Below are positions 61,100 through 64,000 of a DNA stretch of 64,000 bases, in pieces (the first letter of the stretch is position 1; every line of letters begins with the position of its first letter). The stretch spans positions 243,598 to 307,597 of the forward strand of contig QPGO01000028.1 in assembly GCA_008632985.1 (NCBI GenBank). The letters are read 5' to 3'. A model generated the notes under the pieces. It did no database searches, was not told the origin of the DNA, and saw nothing but the letters and a program-made list of their open reading frames with translations. The DNA is from Psammoneis japonica (Eukaryota). The position numbers and the translations under genes were made by a program.

Positions 61100-61690
61100 A
61101 GTGGGGGTCTGTTGGAGAGCATGCAGGGTAAGAAGGTCTTGCAAAACTGGCCAGTGGGGCAAGAAGCAGTGATGGTGGGGTGGGCAGCAGCAGAGCCAGG
61201 CAGGCATTGGGAGACAGCAGCTTTGCCAAACAAGCATGTTGTTTGGCAGACAGGGCAGCTGGTTGCAGCGAGCAGGTCTGTTCTTGGAGAGGAGACAAGG
61301 AGAGCAGCAGTCTCAGTGAGCAGGTCTGTTGCAGAGCAGACAGGGAGAGCATTTTTGCTGAACAGGTCTGTTGGAAAGCAGACAGGGGGGAACCAGCCTT
61401 GCTGGGTGGGTCTGTTGGAGAACAGATGGAGCAAGCAGTCTCACTGAGTGGGGGCCCACTGGAGGGCAGACAGGGTGAGCAGCCTTGCCAAATGGGCCTG
61501 TTGAGTGTTGAAGAACAGATGCTGAAGAAAGCAGTCTCACTGAGTGGGTGTGTTGGAGAGCAGATGAGGCAACCAGCACAAGCCTTGCCAAGTGGATCCA
61601 TTGGAGAGCAGACTGGGCAAACAGCCTTGCCAAATGGGCCTGTTGGAGAGCAGACAGGGTGGCTGGTCTTGCTGAGCAAGTCTGTTTGAG
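61100..61690. repeat. Degenerate tandem array, ~40-bp unit with core GG(G)TCTGTTGGAGAGCAGA
   Basis: Core recurs more than ten times; minus-strand translation repeats CSPTDP/CSPTGP. Confidence 0.8.
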
Positions 61691-64000
61691 AGGAGAGCAG
61701 TGATGCTCAGTTCTTTGTCAATCAAGAGCCTTGGCACATCACCCAACTGGGCAAAGGACAAGCTGCAAGACATTTTGCTAAAGTGGCTGGGGCAAATGAT
61801 GCAAACTTGATGCAACAATCCTGCTTCACAATGGACATTGTGGATTCCAAGGATTGAAACTGCAACAGTTGGTGGCTGATGGAATGAAGTGCAGTTTTCA
61901 AATGTCTTTGCATTGGCATGATGCAGTTGTGCTGGAAACCTCCAAAACATTGATGATGATGATGTCCCATTTAAAAGCAAATGATGACCCCAACAGGCCA
62001 GCAGTGTGACAAAGCTCATGGATGATCTGAATTGTGCACCCGCTGTGCCAAATTGCAAAGGTGCAGCAGTGGCTGTCTGTTGAAGCAGCACCTCAATGTG
62101 TTGAAGGCAGAGCATTGTTGACATCTTGGCTGAAGGCAATGGCAAAGCATGGGGTGGGTCCATGCTTGTTTGGGAGTTGCCAGATCTGCCACCACCAAAC
62201 TGCAAAGGTGTGGCAGTGGATGGCTGTCTGGGCAGTGTCTCAACATGTCAGAGGTGGTGTTGGCACCATGGCTGAAGGCCAGGTCCTGGCATGGGGTGGG
62301 TCCCTGTGCCTTTGCCAGGTGGGCTTGTTGGAGAGCAAATGGTGCAACCAGCCTTCCTGAGTGCTGGGTCTGTTCACACCCACCTGCCCCTCTCCCACAT
62401 GTGCTCCATCCCTCTGCATCTCAACACATTGGGGGCACTCTTGATTGGTTTTTCCAACAAACTTTGATGCCAATGAGCATCTCATGGTTGCATGCAAGCC
62501 ACACCACTGCCATCCAAAATGATGCTGATTTTGCACAAATCTGGTTCGCGCAGCTGGCAGAAGCCAACATTCACACACCTTTCATTCATCTTGCTGCCAT
62601 GAGAATGTGCCTTGAAATCATTGGCACAACAGACAACTGTGTTCTTGAACAGTGCAGGTTGTGACATGTCTCAGTTTTGCTTCCTGGGAGTTTTTCACAG
62701 CAGTGCCTCACCTCCTGGGTGTGCAGGAAAGGTGCTCCTCCTCATCTGTCATCTTAGAGAGCTGTTTCCGATCCTTGCACCCAATCTCCTGTGCATGACA
62801 AGAGTGTCATTCACTGAGCAATGCTTTTGTCCTTTCTTTGAATGGTGGCAAAAAAGAACAATGCTCTTCGGGGCAAGTGTTTGTGCAAAATGCATGAGTC
62901 CACACCTTGCACTGCCAACATGCACTGTTGAACATGCACATTTCCAAGTTGCGTGCAACAAGCTGCAGTGCAGCACAATGGTGCATGATGATGCATGCTG
63001 CCGGTGTCTCACTTTGCAGCATGACCTCTCAACAATGCTTTCACCTGTTGCCCTGTTTCTTGTTTCCTTCTCAATGACAACATTGCGGTGCATCCCACAA
63101 GCTTGGTCCCATTGTGCATCAATGAGCTTTGTCCAAAAAATCTTGTCACTGGCAAGTTGGACAGTCAGCACATTGACAACAGAATGGAAGACAAAAACAT
63201 TTTTGACAACACCAAACACTTTTTAACTGACTGAGCCAGTCTGTGCTGCTCATCACATGATGGAGTGGCAAGTCCAATTTCACCATCAATCACCTCACCA
63301 TCACCGTTGTCTTCACCACCATCAACTGCACCTGTGTCAGAGTGCACTGCTTGCAACACCTCCTCTTGGACCACTTCTTTGGGTGCAGTGCCACCTGATT
63401 CTGAAGACTGAATCTTGGCTTTGAGCTTTGAAACTGAGTCATCATGCTTTTTGCTTTTGTCAGGATTGATCTCCACAATCACAAAATGATGTGGCACACA
63501 AGTCCTTTTTGCACAGTTTCCTGATGTCACCATTCTTCTCCTGCAATTTTGCCTTTGCAGCTGGAAGCAGCTCTTGCAGCTTGGCTCTCATTTCTTCTTT
63601 CTTGTTTGCATCTTCCAATCATTCCAGCCATTTGAATCATTCATCATGAGAAGCAAAAAACTTCAACCAGTTTGGCCTGTGTTCATGAGGCACACTCACA
63701 ATTCCACATTGACCCCCCATCATTCCAATCATGTTGAGACATTTTGCTGTCATTTTGACACTTTGTCCCATTGCTCCAGCATCTTTTTTACCTCTCTCAA
63801 TGTCACATCATTGGCAGCAAGGGCTGCAATCTTCTTTTGAGCATCACCCAAGTCTGCACCAAGATGTGCAGAAGGTTCACAAGATGCATTGCATCCATGC
63901 TTGGGATCTCAATGATGAAACTCAACATGCACAAAGAGATCTTTGCCTTTGACTCTTAATTTGTCTGGAACAAGCTGGAAATGTAAGAGGCCATGGTTTG

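Noticed and set aside
61100..61690. Possible CRISPR array or repeat protein gene
   Set aside because: Units are degenerate and contiguous with related spacers; reading frames are inconsistent

Overview
Eukaryotic genomic DNA, most likely a diatom (inferred from short GT-AG introns, a plastid-lumen FKBP, a Ser/Lys/Gly-rich secreted protein with an RRL motif, and the Gypsy/MITE content). Islands of normal genes alternate with sharply bounded degenerate domains. Genes: LanC-like protein, BAHD-type acyltransferase, BTB proteins, a P-loop NTPase/PD-(D/E)xK protein, a methyltransferase-like protein, FKBP, a silaffin-like protein, an M64-type peptidase, importin-alpha and a glycosyltransferase-like protein. 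Degenerate domains lie at approx. 1030-5500 (partial), 9000-23900, 26470-32560, 46200-47560, 50200-55220 and 57420-64000, and hold nested transposons and decayed gene copies. The main signal is a dinucleotide-specific hypermutation in these domains: TpA is converted to TpG/CpA (A>G or T>C), alongside ordinary CpG>TpG/CpA decay. It shows in LTR-vs-LTR, MITE-vs-MITE and gene-vs-duplicate comparisons, and its direction is fixed by conserved Tyr becoming His/Cys (e.g. RT YLDD>HLDD). This is the opposite direction to fungal RIP and may be an undescribed repeat-targeted mutational process. All alignments and counts were done by eye.
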